Part shown: positions 1 through 13,500 of the stretch, one piece after another
Numbering within the stretch: the stretch's first letter is position 1
Layout: each line of letters begins with the position of its first letter
From: an uncultured Spirochaetota bacterium
GTDB taxonomy: Bacteria > Spirochaetota > Brevinematia > Brevinematales > JAOACQ01
Assembly: GCA_963783575.1 (NCBI GenBank)
Contig: CAWAOD010000010.1
Span: 1 to 64,000, forward strand
Direction: 5' to 3'
Length of the DNA stretch: 64,000 nt
Translations under genes and position numbers: made by a program
The notes under the pieces: model-generated
Told to the model about the DNA's origin: nothing
Database searches by the model: none
What the model saw: only the letters and a program-made list of their open reading frames with translations

Positions 1-3000
1 CGACTGAAACGCGGAATCCAGCATCGATGGATGAAGTTTGTATTCCACTGCATTCCCCAACACTACATCCGGCATCTTTAGCCTTGCCAGCGCTTCCCCT
101 TCCCCAACATACAGCGCCTCGATCCCGCGATGACCAGGGCCGTATTCTATCCCTTTTGTTTTGAACGCATCATAACATTCTTCCGGCGATAACACTCTCT
201 CCCATTTCCTTTCCTGCTTACCCTTTATATCTATCTTGCTTTCCTCCTGCACTTCTACTATCTCCGCTATCCCCTGGCTGTGCACAACCGTCTCCCCTTC
301 CACGCCCTCGCTATACACTTCGTATGCTATCACGCCGCCTTCTTTGGGGATTAACCCGATATTCACCTTCACCGGTTCTATACCCGCTTCCACCGGCCTC
401 GACCATACCACATTCCTTATCCTTATCCCTGTTTTACTCTCTTTTTCAACTCCACCCGCTTTCTCTACCGCAGCCCTTGCCATCTCAAGGTATGCCGCTC
501 CCGGTAATATCTTCCTTCCATTAATCTTATGGTCGGCAAGAAAGAACTCTTCCCCTGTAAATATACTGCTGTATCTCTGTTCCATTAAATCCGATGTGTT
601 TTCATGCAATAACGGATGAACATACCTTAAGGCTGTGCTTCCCTTATTCCTTTCTCCGCATTTCTTTATCCAATACTTCTCCCCCGCAAACGGATAGCCC
701 GGAAGGCTTATCTTCCCCGGCTTCTTTCCCTCATACAGCCTATTCCATCATATCCACTCCCTTTACCCAGACTTCCAATAGCTTCCCGTATTTCTTCCTC
801 TTGATCCATTTCTCTATCGCTTCCCTCATTTCTTCATCTATTGTAAATAAAGACATTTCATTCTTATCACGCTTCACACGCCCGGAATATATCTCGTTAT
901 TCTTTTCTTCGCTCCTTAAATACCCCGCCATCCTTTCTTTCAACTCCTCCACCGTACCCGCTGTGAACCCCAGTCTCTCTTCCATTTCTTCCCGCCCTAT
1001 CTGCAGGGTGTACGCTATCTCAGCCAGTTTCACGTCCCCATACCCCTCCGCTTCTATCGCCTTCAGAAGGCTTTCCGCCTTTTCCTTCAATCTTGCCTTA
1101 TCTTTTGCTGACAATACTATGACTGCCGGCTTCACTGCCCTCGACTCTACCGCTTCACCAATATATTCCTCTATCACGATATGCGCGTTCGACCCTCCCG
1201 CTCCTAATGATGATATTCCCGCAATCCTGGGGGTTTCGCTCTTCCATTCCGACAACTCCCTCTGCACTACAAACGGGGTTTCACCAAAATCTATATTCGG
1301 ATTTAATTCCTCGCAATGAAGGCTCGGCACCAGTTTACGGTGCTTCATCTGCAGCAGAACCTTCGCTACAGCAGCTATCCCTGCCGCGCTTTCACAATGT
1401 CCTATGTTCGACTTTACAGACCCTATCGCGCAGAATTGCCTGTCCTCTGTATATGCCGGAACGCCTTCGTCAATCCCGCTATCTCTATCGGGTCCCCCAG
1501 CGATGTCCCGGTCCCATGCGCCTCGATGTAACTAATCGACCTCGCATTCACCCCTGCCTTTTCTATCGCTTCCCGTATCAATTCTCCCTGCGCCGCCGGA
1601 TTCGGCACCGTATACCCACTCGTCTTTCCTCCGGAATTCAGCATGCTTCCCCCTGATCACTCCATAAATATGGTCTCCATCCGCTGCCGCCTTGGACAAC
1701 CGTTTCAGAAGTACAGCTCCAACTCCTTCTCCGGGGACATACCCATCCCCACCCTTGCCGAAACTCTCGCATATTCCCTTGCTCGACGCGAACTTTCCCT
1801 GCGACAGCAGCAGGTATTTATTCGGATGGATCGATACGTTTACTCCCCCCGCTATCGCCGCACCGCATTCCTCCTTCTCTATACTCTGGCAGGCCAGATG
1901 AATCGCCGTTAACGACGATGAGCACATCGTATCCACTGCCATACTGGGGCCATCGAAATTAAAGATATATGAGACCCGGTTCGCTACCAATGACGGATTT
2001 CCTCCCAGCGCAAAATTCCTTCCCCTGGCCTGTTCCTGCGCCGCATACAATTGATATTCCTCATACATTACTCCGGCATATACTCCCACTCTTCCGCCCA
2101 GCCCTCCGTTTTCATCCTTCCCCAGCTTTTCACCCGTATATCCAGCATCCTCCAACGTTTGATACGCGCATTCTAAAAACAGCCTCTCCTGCGGATCCAT
2201 AAACTCCGCTTCCCTAGGCGATATATTAAAAAACAACGGATCGAATTCTTCCACTCCATCTAAGAATCCACCCCATTTACTGTAGGTTTTGCCAGCTTTG
2301 TTTCTATCTTCATCATAATATTCCTTCCAATCCCACCTTTCTTCCGGTATCTCCGTTATGCAGTCCTTCCCTTTCTTTAAGTTTTCCAGGTTCTTCCAAG
2401 TTCCTGGAACCCGCATACCTTCCGCTCAACCCTATGATCGCTATCTTATCCCCTTCTTCTTTCTCGGCTGTCTGTGTTTCCGCCAGATTACTCAATTGCC
2501 CGGCCGTTCTCACTGATTTTATGGATGCGTTTATGATTTCTGCTATCATCTCACCGCTTTCTGTCAAGACTACTACATCAAATGACAAGAAATCTTCCTT
2601 CCCGCTTCTTATCTTTTTAATCAGATACGCTTTTTCTGTCATTACCCGGTACAATACTATCTTTTCTATGATCAGCGGGATATATATTTTTTCATTCATC
2701 TTTTCCAGCATTCCCTGATTTACCGTTTCCGGATTGGTTAACGCATAACAGGAATTCAGCAACAGCGGATCAAAGGCCATTTCCGTCACATTCCCTTTCT
2801 TTCGCTTCCCTGTTATATCGACCCTGCCGATCAATGTGCTTTTATCATACTCATACGCGGATTCAATCGTCTGCAGCATCGCTCCGATGGTAAATCCCTT
2901 GATCGTATGATAACTCTTCTCGATGATCTCCCTTTCCAGCGGTTTAGACTCTTTGATGATCGCTTCTATATCTATTTCTTCCGGATCCGCACTTACAGGC

Positions 3001-4524
3001 CCGATATATTCTCCCGTACACCCGGTTTTCTCTTCCCCGGATCCATTGTATCCTTTCACATCATACGTCGTTTCAAATCCGGTTTGCTTTTCCACACCAT
3101 TGAATTTGACCCGTATCTGTACCGCTTCATTTTTATTCAACCCTACAGGCCCTCCGACAAACTGGATATTTCTCATCTCCACAGGATAGCTCTCCGGATT
3201 GTTCCGAAGATAACTCTCCAGCACAAGGCAGGGGTGGGTTATTCCCATTAACGCAGGCCTGCCGTACACCCGATGGTCCCTCAGATACGGCTCATTTTCA
3301 TAAAATTCATAGCTCCCCGCGGTTAATACAGCTTCCACTCTCTCCGGTATCTTTCCCTTTTCCGAATAGCCCCAATCTCCCTCCTTCTCCGCTCTTCCTT
3401 CCAGATATCCGCCCAATTCTTTCAGATTGCTGTATTCAAACAATAAACTTGGGCTTAACGACATTTGAAATCCGTCCTCTATATCCTTTACCAATCCCAA
3501 TAACTGCGATGATTCCAGACCTAATTCAAAAAAGCCCCTTTCCATTGCCGCCTGGTCAAATTCCCTATGGATATATTTTGAAAATATCTTCTTTAACGTT
3601 TCCTCTATTGCAGCTCGTCCCAAACTTTCCGTATTGTTTCTTTCACCCTGCTCCGTTTCTTTCAACTCTTTTCCTTCCCTCAAATCACTTCTCTCCGGGA
3701 GTTTTTGCCCCGGATGCCTGACCCGCTTCGCTGTCAGCCCCTTCAACAACGCTGCTTGTTTCCCTTCCGCATTGAAAAATTCCATGTCCACTGTAAAAAT
3801 ATCATTAATATGACGGATAGACGCCCTCTTTATCCTGACATAGCAGCTATCCTGCAATGGTTCTCTTCCGTAAAACGATTCGTAGGATAACGGCAGGAAC
3901 AGTTTGCCTTTGATCTGCTCCGGATTGGACCGGCTTACGATCGCCATAGACGCCATTCCCGCTCCGTCGATGAGGGCCGGGTGAAATAGAAATTCCTCAC
4001 CCCCTTTCCGGTATGCATGGTTTACCCTGATTTCCGACATACTCTCCGTTTCCGTTTCATAGATGATGCCTTCGGCTTTGATTATTTCCCTGTGGATTAA
4101 ACCCGACTTCCTGGCTTCCGCATACAGTGCCTCGATATCGGTTTTCTGCAGTACATCCTGCTTCATTGCCTCTATATCTATCTTCTCTTCTAACCGCGGC
4201 GCTTCCTTATGCAATTCCACCGTGATATACAGTTCCCCTTTTTTATCTTCTTCCCCGTCTTCCACTTTAATCGCCCAATATTTCTGCTTCTTCTCAAATG
4301 TGATCTTTATCCTTATCCCTTTTTCTTTCCCGACTATTAATGGATTGAATATCATCAGTTTCTTTAAACTATACTCCCTGTATTCCAGCTTCAATCCGTC
4401 TTTCACCAGCTGAAAAAGCATATCAATATAGGCTAACCCCGGCAGCAAGCTCTTCCCTTGGACCTCATGGTTCTTGATGATCGGCTGTTCTATGGTTAAG
4501 TCAGAGTAAAATATTTCTATTCAT
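1..4524 (-). CDS. Trans-AT PKS subunit 3 (3'-truncated by window edge): DH-ACP-DH'-KS-DH..., interrupted by small indels
   Basis: ORFs 2313..4448, 1532..2416, 1423..1644, 740..1348 and an uncalled open frame <1..~750 join into one PKS when frameshifts at ~4519, ~2390, ~1651, ~1456 and ~751 are bridged. Motifs: DH NHEVQGKSLLPG / HPALIDG; ACP GLESS; DH-like DHRVYGRPALMG / DPLLLNS; KS DTMCSSS, EAHGTGT, KSNIGHCE; DH DHKINGRKILPG / HPSMLDS. Probable start ATG at 4524 overlaps the upstream TGA, after GGGGGA. Confidence 0.88.
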
Positions 4525-7500
4525 TGTGTTATCCCCCAAATATTTTGATAAGTTGATGTAAAACTTCTCGTACTCTCCTTATTCTGCTTTTTTCTGAATT
4601 TATTAATGAAATCGCTCATATCAACTTCTTTATTATTAAATGGTGTTTTGCTCTTTTCCGGCAGAGTTTTCTGCGTTAATTCAAATCTTTTTTTATTCAT
4701 AACTGGTACAGGGAGAGAGAAATAGCGCTGTACATAATCATCACCCGCAGTAAATTCTTCCATCACCACATGGCAATTCGTCCCTCCATCGGGAAAGGAA
4801 TTCTGTGCAGTCGCGCGTTTCTTTCCGGACTCTACCTTCCATTCGGCCGCCTCCCGGTTAAACTCAATCCGCGACCCTTTGAAATCATAATACAAAGGCG
4901 TTTCTTCAGCCGATAAAAACGGAGGGATCTGTTTATGATACAGGCTTAACGCACAGCGTATAAACCCCGCAAGCCCTGATGTTAATAATACGTGCCCGAT
5001 ATTCGGCTTTATTGAACCTATCGAGCATCTGCCGATTCCTTTGCCGCTTAATTGATATACTTCCGACAACGCTTTTATTTCTACTGAATCTATCAACGGA
5101 GACCCACCCCCGTTTACCTCGATATAACCTATATCCTCTATCCTCTTCCCGCTCCTTTCCAACGCTTCTCCTATTACCTGCTTCTGCGCGCTCAAGTTCG
5201 GCGAGCCCGGCCCTAACGTCCTTCCGTCATTGTTTACTGCTATCGCTTTTATGACTCCGTAAATTTTATTCCCGTCCCTCACTGCCTCTTTCAACCGTTT
5301 CAACACCACCATCCCGGCCCCTTCGCCCAATACCTCTCCCACGGACCGCCTGTCAAATATATGGAATTCCCCGTTTTTGCTCAATATATTCCTCGCCTCA
5401 AACATTTCATGTGCCAGCGGGTTCATAATCAAACTCACTGATCCAACCATCGCCATTTCTATCCGCCCCGATTTTAATAAATCAGACGCCATCGACATCG
5501 CGGCCAATCCCGACGAACACGCCGTATCTACCACCATACTCGGCCCCGTCAAATTGAAAATCCTCGATAGATTCGATGCCAGATAGTTCTGCCCAAATCC
5601 CAGTATCGGATTGCTCGACTGCAAGGCTTCCTTAACATTCCCGCCGTACTGCAGCCTCCCCCCAATATACACCCCTACCTTTTTCCCGGATAAATCCCTT
5701 TTCTCATATCCCGCGTCATAGGCCGCTTTCAAACCCTCTTCCAAGATGATTCTTGCCTGCGGATCCATAATCGCCGCATCATTGTCCTTGAGTTCAAATA
5801 TCTCCGGGTCAAACATCTCTATATCTTCTATCCAGCCACCATAATCCGCACGGTTTTCCCTTCTCTGCCACCGGCTTTCCGGTACCGGTCTTATCGCCTT
5901 TTTCCCTTCGATTAACAGCTTCCAATATCCTTCTTTGTCCGGCGATCCAGGTAAACGGCAGGATATCCCTACCACCGCTATTTCTTCCCCTTCAATCGTT
6001 TTTACTCCCTCATTCTCTTCCTCTTTACTTTCGCTCTCTTTCTCATCCGGATATTCTTCTGTCACCTGGCCTTGCCCCATCCCCAATATTTCCTCTATTT
6101 CCTTTTCATGGTTCGCTATAAAATATTTCGTTAGATCATTGATCGTACGGTTTTCTATAAAGATTGACGGGGATACCTCCGTCTTTATTTCCTTTTGCAA
6201 TGTCTGCGCCAATTGCGCTATTACTATCGAATCCACTCCATATTCATCAAACGGCTTATCTTCATCTACTTGTTCCTGCGTTAATTTCAATTCCCTCTTA
6301 ATGATCCCTTTCAACCATTCCCTGATGGATCCGGGCAAGTTTGCCGTTTTTACCGCCGCTTTTTTTACAACTGTTTTGGCTCTTTCAGTTCCCCTTTTAT
6401 TCAACCTCTGAATTTCCCGTTTCAGCAATCCCTCTGTTTCAAATTCTTCCGGCATCACGATACATGCCATCATGACTGTATCCGGTATTCTCCTTATCAC
6501 ATCTATATAATCCAGCCCTTCCTTCGTTGTCAATACCTCTATGCCTGTGTTGTTATATGCCGGGCTCTGCTTCCCGCCTGCTCCCGCCGCCATCCCTGAC
6601 TCTCCCCACGACGGCCACTGCACCGACTTCATGTAACTCTTCCCCTCTCCCGCTTCTTTCTCAGCATAGTAATCCATATAGCTGTTCGCCATCGCGTAAT
6701 CGCTTTGTCCTACCGATAACACCGGGACGACGCTCGATATCGATGAGAATAATAGATAGAATGATAACGGCTCCTTCTCAAGCGCTTTATGTAGCAGCAC
6801 CGTCCCTTTTATCTTCGGTTCACAGACCTCTTCTATGTCCTTCATTTCTTTTTTAATAAATGCCGGGTCCTTGCTTACCAGCCCCGCACAATGATAGACC
6901 CCCTTTATCTTCCAGGCTTTCAGGCGGATTTCTTCCGCCATCTTTTTCAATCCTTCTTCGTCCGTTAAATCCGTATGGTAATAAAGTACGTTTACCCCTT
7001 TATCCCTATATCCCCGCAGCCTCTTTATCTTTTCCCTGATCTCAGGCCTTTCCCCGCTTTCCAGGATTTTCTTCCATTCTTCTTCTCCGGGTAATTCTTC
7101 CCTGCCCATCAACACCACGTTTTTTATCCCCCTGCCCACCAGCCTCCCAGCTATCTCCGCCCCTATCCCCCGTGTTCCTCCCGTTATGACCACCGCTTCA
7201 TTGCTTTCATATTTCTCTTCCATCTGCGGCACTGGCATCCATTCTTCCGCCTTCTCCATTGTCATCCGCGGCTCATATCTTTCTCCCTTCCGGTAACAGC
7301 TTTCCGTTAAATTCTCCCTTCCCGCGTTTTCAAACTCCTTTTCTACCTGCCTTATCATTTCATCTTCTTTTTCCAACCCGGCGTCACTGTCCATCACCGA
7401 CGATTCTATCTGCCGATACTCCGCTCCCAGCATCCGGTACAATCCAGCCGTCCTCGCTCCCTGCATCGTCGTTGTATTGATCTGAAAATTGTTTAATCTA

Positions 7501-10500
7501 TATGTCACCTGCAATAGCTTATATCCTTCTTCCCTGTCTTTTTCAATTATTTCCTGCAGGAATTTTATCTTCCCCTTTTCTATTTCCAGCGATTCTTCAT
7601 ATTCTTTATCCAATGCCGTGATATCAATTACTCCCAGCAATTTGCCCTTCCCAACCTTTCTCTTTATCTCCTCGTAAAGCCTTTCCCCCCTGCTTACCGT
7701 ATAAAAATCGGCGCTGATTACCCCTCCTTTTTTCACATCCCCATGCACTGCCGGAATGACCTCTATCCCTTTCCTTGCCTTAAATATTTTCATCGCCGTT
7801 TTCAATGTCGTTTCCGTTCCTAAAATAACGACTGTCCCTTTCAGCTTAGCGTCATTTTCCTTTAACTCTTTCCTCTCCCATTCTTTCTTCAGTATTACTT
7901 TTTCCCTCTCCGCTGTTTCTCTCTCCTCTTTCTTTTCATTCTGTCCTATCCAGTACCTTTCCTTCGCAAACGGATATGAAGGCAGGCTCACCCGGTACGG
8001 CTTATATCCTTCATACAATCTATCCCAATCTATCCTCAAGCCTTTTACCCAAGCTTCCGCTATTTTATTCAACCGCCCTCCACGGAGCCACTCCTCCATT
8101 AATGACTTGATGTCTTCCTCGTTATCTAATATCTTTATCCCTTCCCTGCTATTCTTTACTTCTCCTACCTTTATTTCCGCGCTATATACCCCAGATAGAT
8201 ATTGTCCAAAGCCGCTTATCGCGGTTTCCCTCGTTTCCGCCCAGAATGCCAGCCTGTATTCCATCTCTTCCCTTCCCGTCTGCAGTGTATACGCCACATC
8301 CGCCAGATTTATCCCTTCTTGCTTCTCCAGCCGCTTTTTTATACTTTCGGCATACCTTCTTAACTGCTCCTCCCTTTTAGCCGACAGCACGATTAATACT
8401 TTTTCTAACTCCGCAGGATTTTTCCTTGTCTCCTCTTTGTACTCTTCTATCACGATATGTGCGTTCGTTCCGCTGTATCCAAAGGCGCTCACGCCTGCCC
8501 GTCGCGGTCTTTCTTTTCCGCTTTCCCAGTCCTTTAACTCCGTATTAACATAAAACGGCGATTCCTCGAAATTGAAGTGCTCGTTCGGCGTTTTATAATT
8601 CAGCGTCGGTACAAGCTTTTCATGTTCATGCACAACAATACTTTTTGTATACTCGCTATCCCGGATGCCGCCGATGTATGCCCGATATTGCTTTTTACCG
8701 ACCCTATCGCACAATATTTCTTCCGGTTTGTTCTTTCTCTGTACACCGTAGACAATGCCTCCAATTCAATCGGGTCCCCCAGCTTTGTCCCGGTCCCATG
8801 CATCTCTACATACCCGATGCTTTCCGGCTCTATATGATATTTGTTATAGATTTCCCTTTCCAGCTCTATCTGGCTGTTTACGCTCGGCGCCGTGATCCCG
8901 TTCGTTTTTCCATCCTGGTTGATCCCTCCCCCTATGATCACTCCGTAAATATGGTCCCGGTCCCTCTCCGCGTCCGTCAGCCGCTTCAATACTATCGCGC
9001 CGACTCCCTCTCCGGGCACAAATCCGTTCGCTCCGTTATCAAAGGTTTTACATTGCCCTTCCGGCGACAGCATCCCCGCAGCGCACATCCCTATATATGT
9101 CTGCGGCGTGAGGTATAACGTAACTCCCCCTATCAGCGCCATATCGATTTCATGATCCGCTAATGCCTGCATCCCTAAATACCCCGCAACCAATGACGAC
9201 GAACACGCTGTGTCTATCGGTATCGCAGGCCCTTTCAGGTTGAGAAAATACGGAATCCGCGCCGCTCCTATTGAATAGCTGTTCCCGGTCGCATTCGTTA
9301 CTACCCTCTGGTTTTGATACAGCATCATTCCATACTCGTTACTCATTATTCCTAAATAGACTCCACACTTTTGATCACTTAACATCCGCGGACTATACCC
9401 GGCGTCTTCAAACGCTTTATACCCCTCTTGTATGAATATCCGGTGCTGCGGATCCATCCCTTCCGCTTCCACCGGTGATATATTAAAAAATAAGGGATCG
9501 AAATATTCTATCTCTTCCAGCATTCCCAGCCATTTACAATATATTTTCCCCTCCATATACTGCCTTGGATCCGGATGGTAATACTTTTTCATTTCCCATC
9601 TTTTGCCCGGTATTTCCCTGATCGAATTCTTACCTCCCTCTAAATTCTCCCAATACTGCTCTATGTCCTCCGCCCCAGGATACCTCCCCGACATCCCTAT
9701 GACCGCTATCCCTTCTCTTTCCCCTCCTTTGCTATGCCTCCGTTCCTCCTGCCTCTGCCCTATTGCAATTCGGCTCATTCCTACTCGGCGGGATTTTAAA
9801 ATATTACTTCTATCTTTATTATAAAAAAACAAATTAACATTCTCTGATAAGGATATTGCTGGTTTTGATTGTGCCCTCTCACTTTTAGAGATGTTTGTTT
9901 TATCTTGAAATGAGCTTAATGAAATTTCTTCCGGTTTATTTAAAGAAATATTTTGAAAGCTTTGATCATCTGATGAAAAATCCAGGGATATAGGTGAAGG
10001 AATATTGAATATAGAATTATCCTTGGTTTCTGCAGTATTTTTATTTAATTCATTTCCTAAATAAATTGCAAACTCACGAACACTGGGATAATCATAAACC
10101 TTTGTCGCGCTAATTTGAGTTCCGTATTTCTTATTAATTGTCTTTATCCATTCCACGGCTATGATCGAATCCATTCCCATTTCTATAAATTTCTTGTCCG
10201 GATCGATATCGCTTCGATCCATATATAATGTATCTGCCAAACTTCCTGTCAAATATTCCAGTAAAGTTTCATCTGTTATTACGTTTTGTGTATTGATTGC
10301 TGCTGTATTACTATTGAGTACCAGCAAATTCATGTTTATTCTATTGCCATGTCCCTTAATCTTTATGTAAAGTTTACCTTCTTCATCACATAAATCTATA
10401 TTAAATTTATACTCTTCCTCATCTTTTTTATATTTTAATAAGGCCCACATAGTATGGGAAAATCTGCCTATAATATCCAGCCTATCAATGAAAAATGGCT

Positions 10501-13500
10501 CCACAGATAAATTTTCACCCTGCGTATCAACCAGGCATCGCATTGCTTGAAAAGCTGAATCTACTATGGCTGGATGTAATACGTATTCACCGCTGCTACC
10601 CAAGGTTGATGCAGGTGTCGATATTTTCGCTTGTGCTTCAATTTCTCCAATTTGTAAAACTTCTATTCCACGATACGTTGGGCCATATTCTATATCTAAT
10701 TTATTGAGCAATGCGTAACATTCTTCCGATGTAAGGACTTTAATCCATTTTTTATCATAATATTCTTTTAAATTTAATATTGATATTTCTTTTCCCTCTA
10801 TTATCTCGGCCGTACCAAAACAGCAAGGAATTTCTTTTTTACCCTCTCCCAAACTATATATCTCATAAATGATTTCATTATTTTCACCAATAAAAAGCCT
10901 GATATTAATATAAATATATTTTTTATCTGTTTCAACTGGTTTCAAAAACTCAACATTCTTTAAACAAATTCTGCTGTTTTTATTAATCAATTCTCCCACA
11001 GCATATTCAATCGCGGCTCTTGCCGCTTCAAGATAAACCGCGTTGGTGAAAATATTATGTCCTTTAACTTTATGATCAACTAGAAAGGGCTCTTTTCCGG
11101 AGAATTTAGAACTAAATTTTATTTCCTGTAAAGTAGATGTGTTTCTGTGTATTAAAGGATGCAGATAATGAACTGATGCATTCATATCCTGATAATTTTC
11201 ACTTCTTTCTTCAATCCAAAATCTATCTTTTGCAAACGGATATGTCGGCAGGCTTATCCTTCGAGGCTTCTGTCCCTGATACAATTTATCCCAGTTAAAA
11301 ATAAAACCGTTTACCCATAATTCTATAAGCTTGCCATACTTTCTTTTTTCAATCCAGGCTTCAATTGTTCTTGCCATATCTTCATCTATAGCTAATACTG
11401 ATATAGTCTCTTTATTCTGTTTGATATGTCCTCTATAAATATTTTCTATTAAAATATCTCCATTTAAATATCTGTTGAGCTTTTCTTTCAATTCAACTAT
11501 TGTTCCAGCAGTAAACCCCAACCTTTCTTCCATTTCCTCCCGCCCAACCTGGAGTGTATAGGCGATTTCCATCAGTTTTTCATCTCCAAACGCTTCTTTT
11601 TCTATTGTCTCTAATAGATTTTTTGCGATTTCTTTTAATCTTTCCTCGTTCTTTGCAGATAAAACTATAAGGGAAGGATTATCAAAGCTTGTTATGGCTT
11701 GTTTATATACTTCTTTTCCTATATACTCTTCTATTACCACATGAGCGTTTACCCCTCCGAACCCGAATGAACTCACTCCCGCACGGCGGGGAATATCATA
11801 TCCCCTTATGTCCTTTAGTGGTGCCCATTCTTTTTTTTCCTGTAAAATATAAAATGGACTACCTTCCAGTTCAATATATGGATTAATATTTTCGCAATGA
11901 AGGCTTTTCACTAGGGTTTTATACTTAAGCTGTAATAAAACCTTGATTACTCCAGCCACTCCCGCTGCCAGTTCCAGGTGCCCGATATTGCTCTTCACCG
12001 TCCCAAGCCCGCAATAATGATTTGCAGCATTTCCATTTCCAACCGTCTTGAATAACGTTTCGAACGCCATCTTCAAACCGTTAATTTCTATTGGGTCTCC
12101 CAGGGGTGTCCCAGTCCCATGCGCTTCTACATAGGTTACAGTTCTAGGATCAATTCCCGCTTTTACGTATGCCGATACCAGCAATTCCGCCTGAGCTTTC
12201 GGGTTGGGTGCTGTTAGTGAATTTGCCCGCCCCCCATGGTTCTCCACTGTGCTCCTGATAATACCATAAATGTGGTCTCCATCCTCTTCCGCAGTTCTCA
12301 ACTTTTTCAGAAAAAGCATTCCGACCCCTTCTCCTCTTACATATCCATTCGCTTTATCCGAAAAAGTTTTGCATCGCCCATCTTCACAAAGCATTCCCGC
12401 TTTATAAAAACTGATGTGTATTTCCGGGCTGATGATCGTATTAATCCCTCCAGCTATCGCCATCTCACAGCTGCCATCATGTATTGCGCTCACCGCCCGG
12501 TGTATCGCTACCAGCGAGCTTGAGCATGCCGTCTCTACCGGTTCGCTTGGCCCATGCAGGTTGAGAAAATAACTCATCCGGTTCGGCCCTACTGATGGAA
12601 CAATACCGGTAGAAGAATACCCTTCTATTCCTCGCTTTGTCTTAAATATTAATTCACTATAACCGTTGCTAGCAGTACCGACAAATATACCACTCTTGCT
12701 GCCGGAAAGGGTATCCGCCGAATATCCCGCGTCTTCTATCGCCTTCCACACATATTCCATCAATAATCTCTGCTGAGGGTCCATCAATTCCGCTTCCCTC
12801 GGCGATATCCCGAAGAACAAAGGGTCAAACTCGTCTACCCCTTCGATAAACCCGCCCCACTTGATGTTCGTCTTGTTATTCTCTCTATTCGGGTCTCCGT
12901 AATATTTCCGCCAGTCCCATCTTTTTTCCGGGATCTCTCTGATGCAGTCCTTCTCTTCTACTAAATTCTTCCAGAATTCTTCTATATCCTTCGCTTCGGG
13001 GAATGCCCCGCTCATCCCCACTATCGCAATGGGTTCCTTCTCCGTATTCGCTGTCTGGCCACCCCTGATAAACCTTGGGTGGATGCTCTCTCTCTTTTCC
13101 GGTGTTTCTGCACCGATTTCTACCGTTTCATCCTTTCTTTCTTCGGCTTTTTCCTGATCAAACGCTCTGCGGTGTTCCTTCAGCATATATTCCGATAAAC
13201 TCTTCAGATTTGCATGCTCAAAGAAAATCGCAGGGGTTAGTTCCAGCTTGAATTTATCATTAAGTTCATTCGCAAAGGCTGTTAATGTAATTGAATCAAA
13301 CCCATACTCGTTGAGCTCGCTGTCTACATCTATATCTTCAATTTTTACCTTGAGCAATCCCGATACCTTTTTTCTTAAAACTGTTTGTATTTTCTCCAGT
13401 AGAAACTTATCATTATTCTTAATAATAGAGTCAGATACCGCTCTGTGCTGCACTATTTTTTTCTTATCAAGATAATCATTTAAGAGTAATTTCTTCCTTA

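Noticed and set aside
4449..4523. TGA readthrough fusing PKS subunits 2 and 3, which are in frame across one TGA
   Set aside because: KS0|DH junctions are normally split; an RBS and overlapping ATGA are present, and a small indel after the ATG explains the frame.
740..8630. Programmed ribosomal frameshifting in the PKS genes
   Set aside because: Shifts go in mixed directions, lack consistent slippery heptamers and break conserved domains mid-fold.
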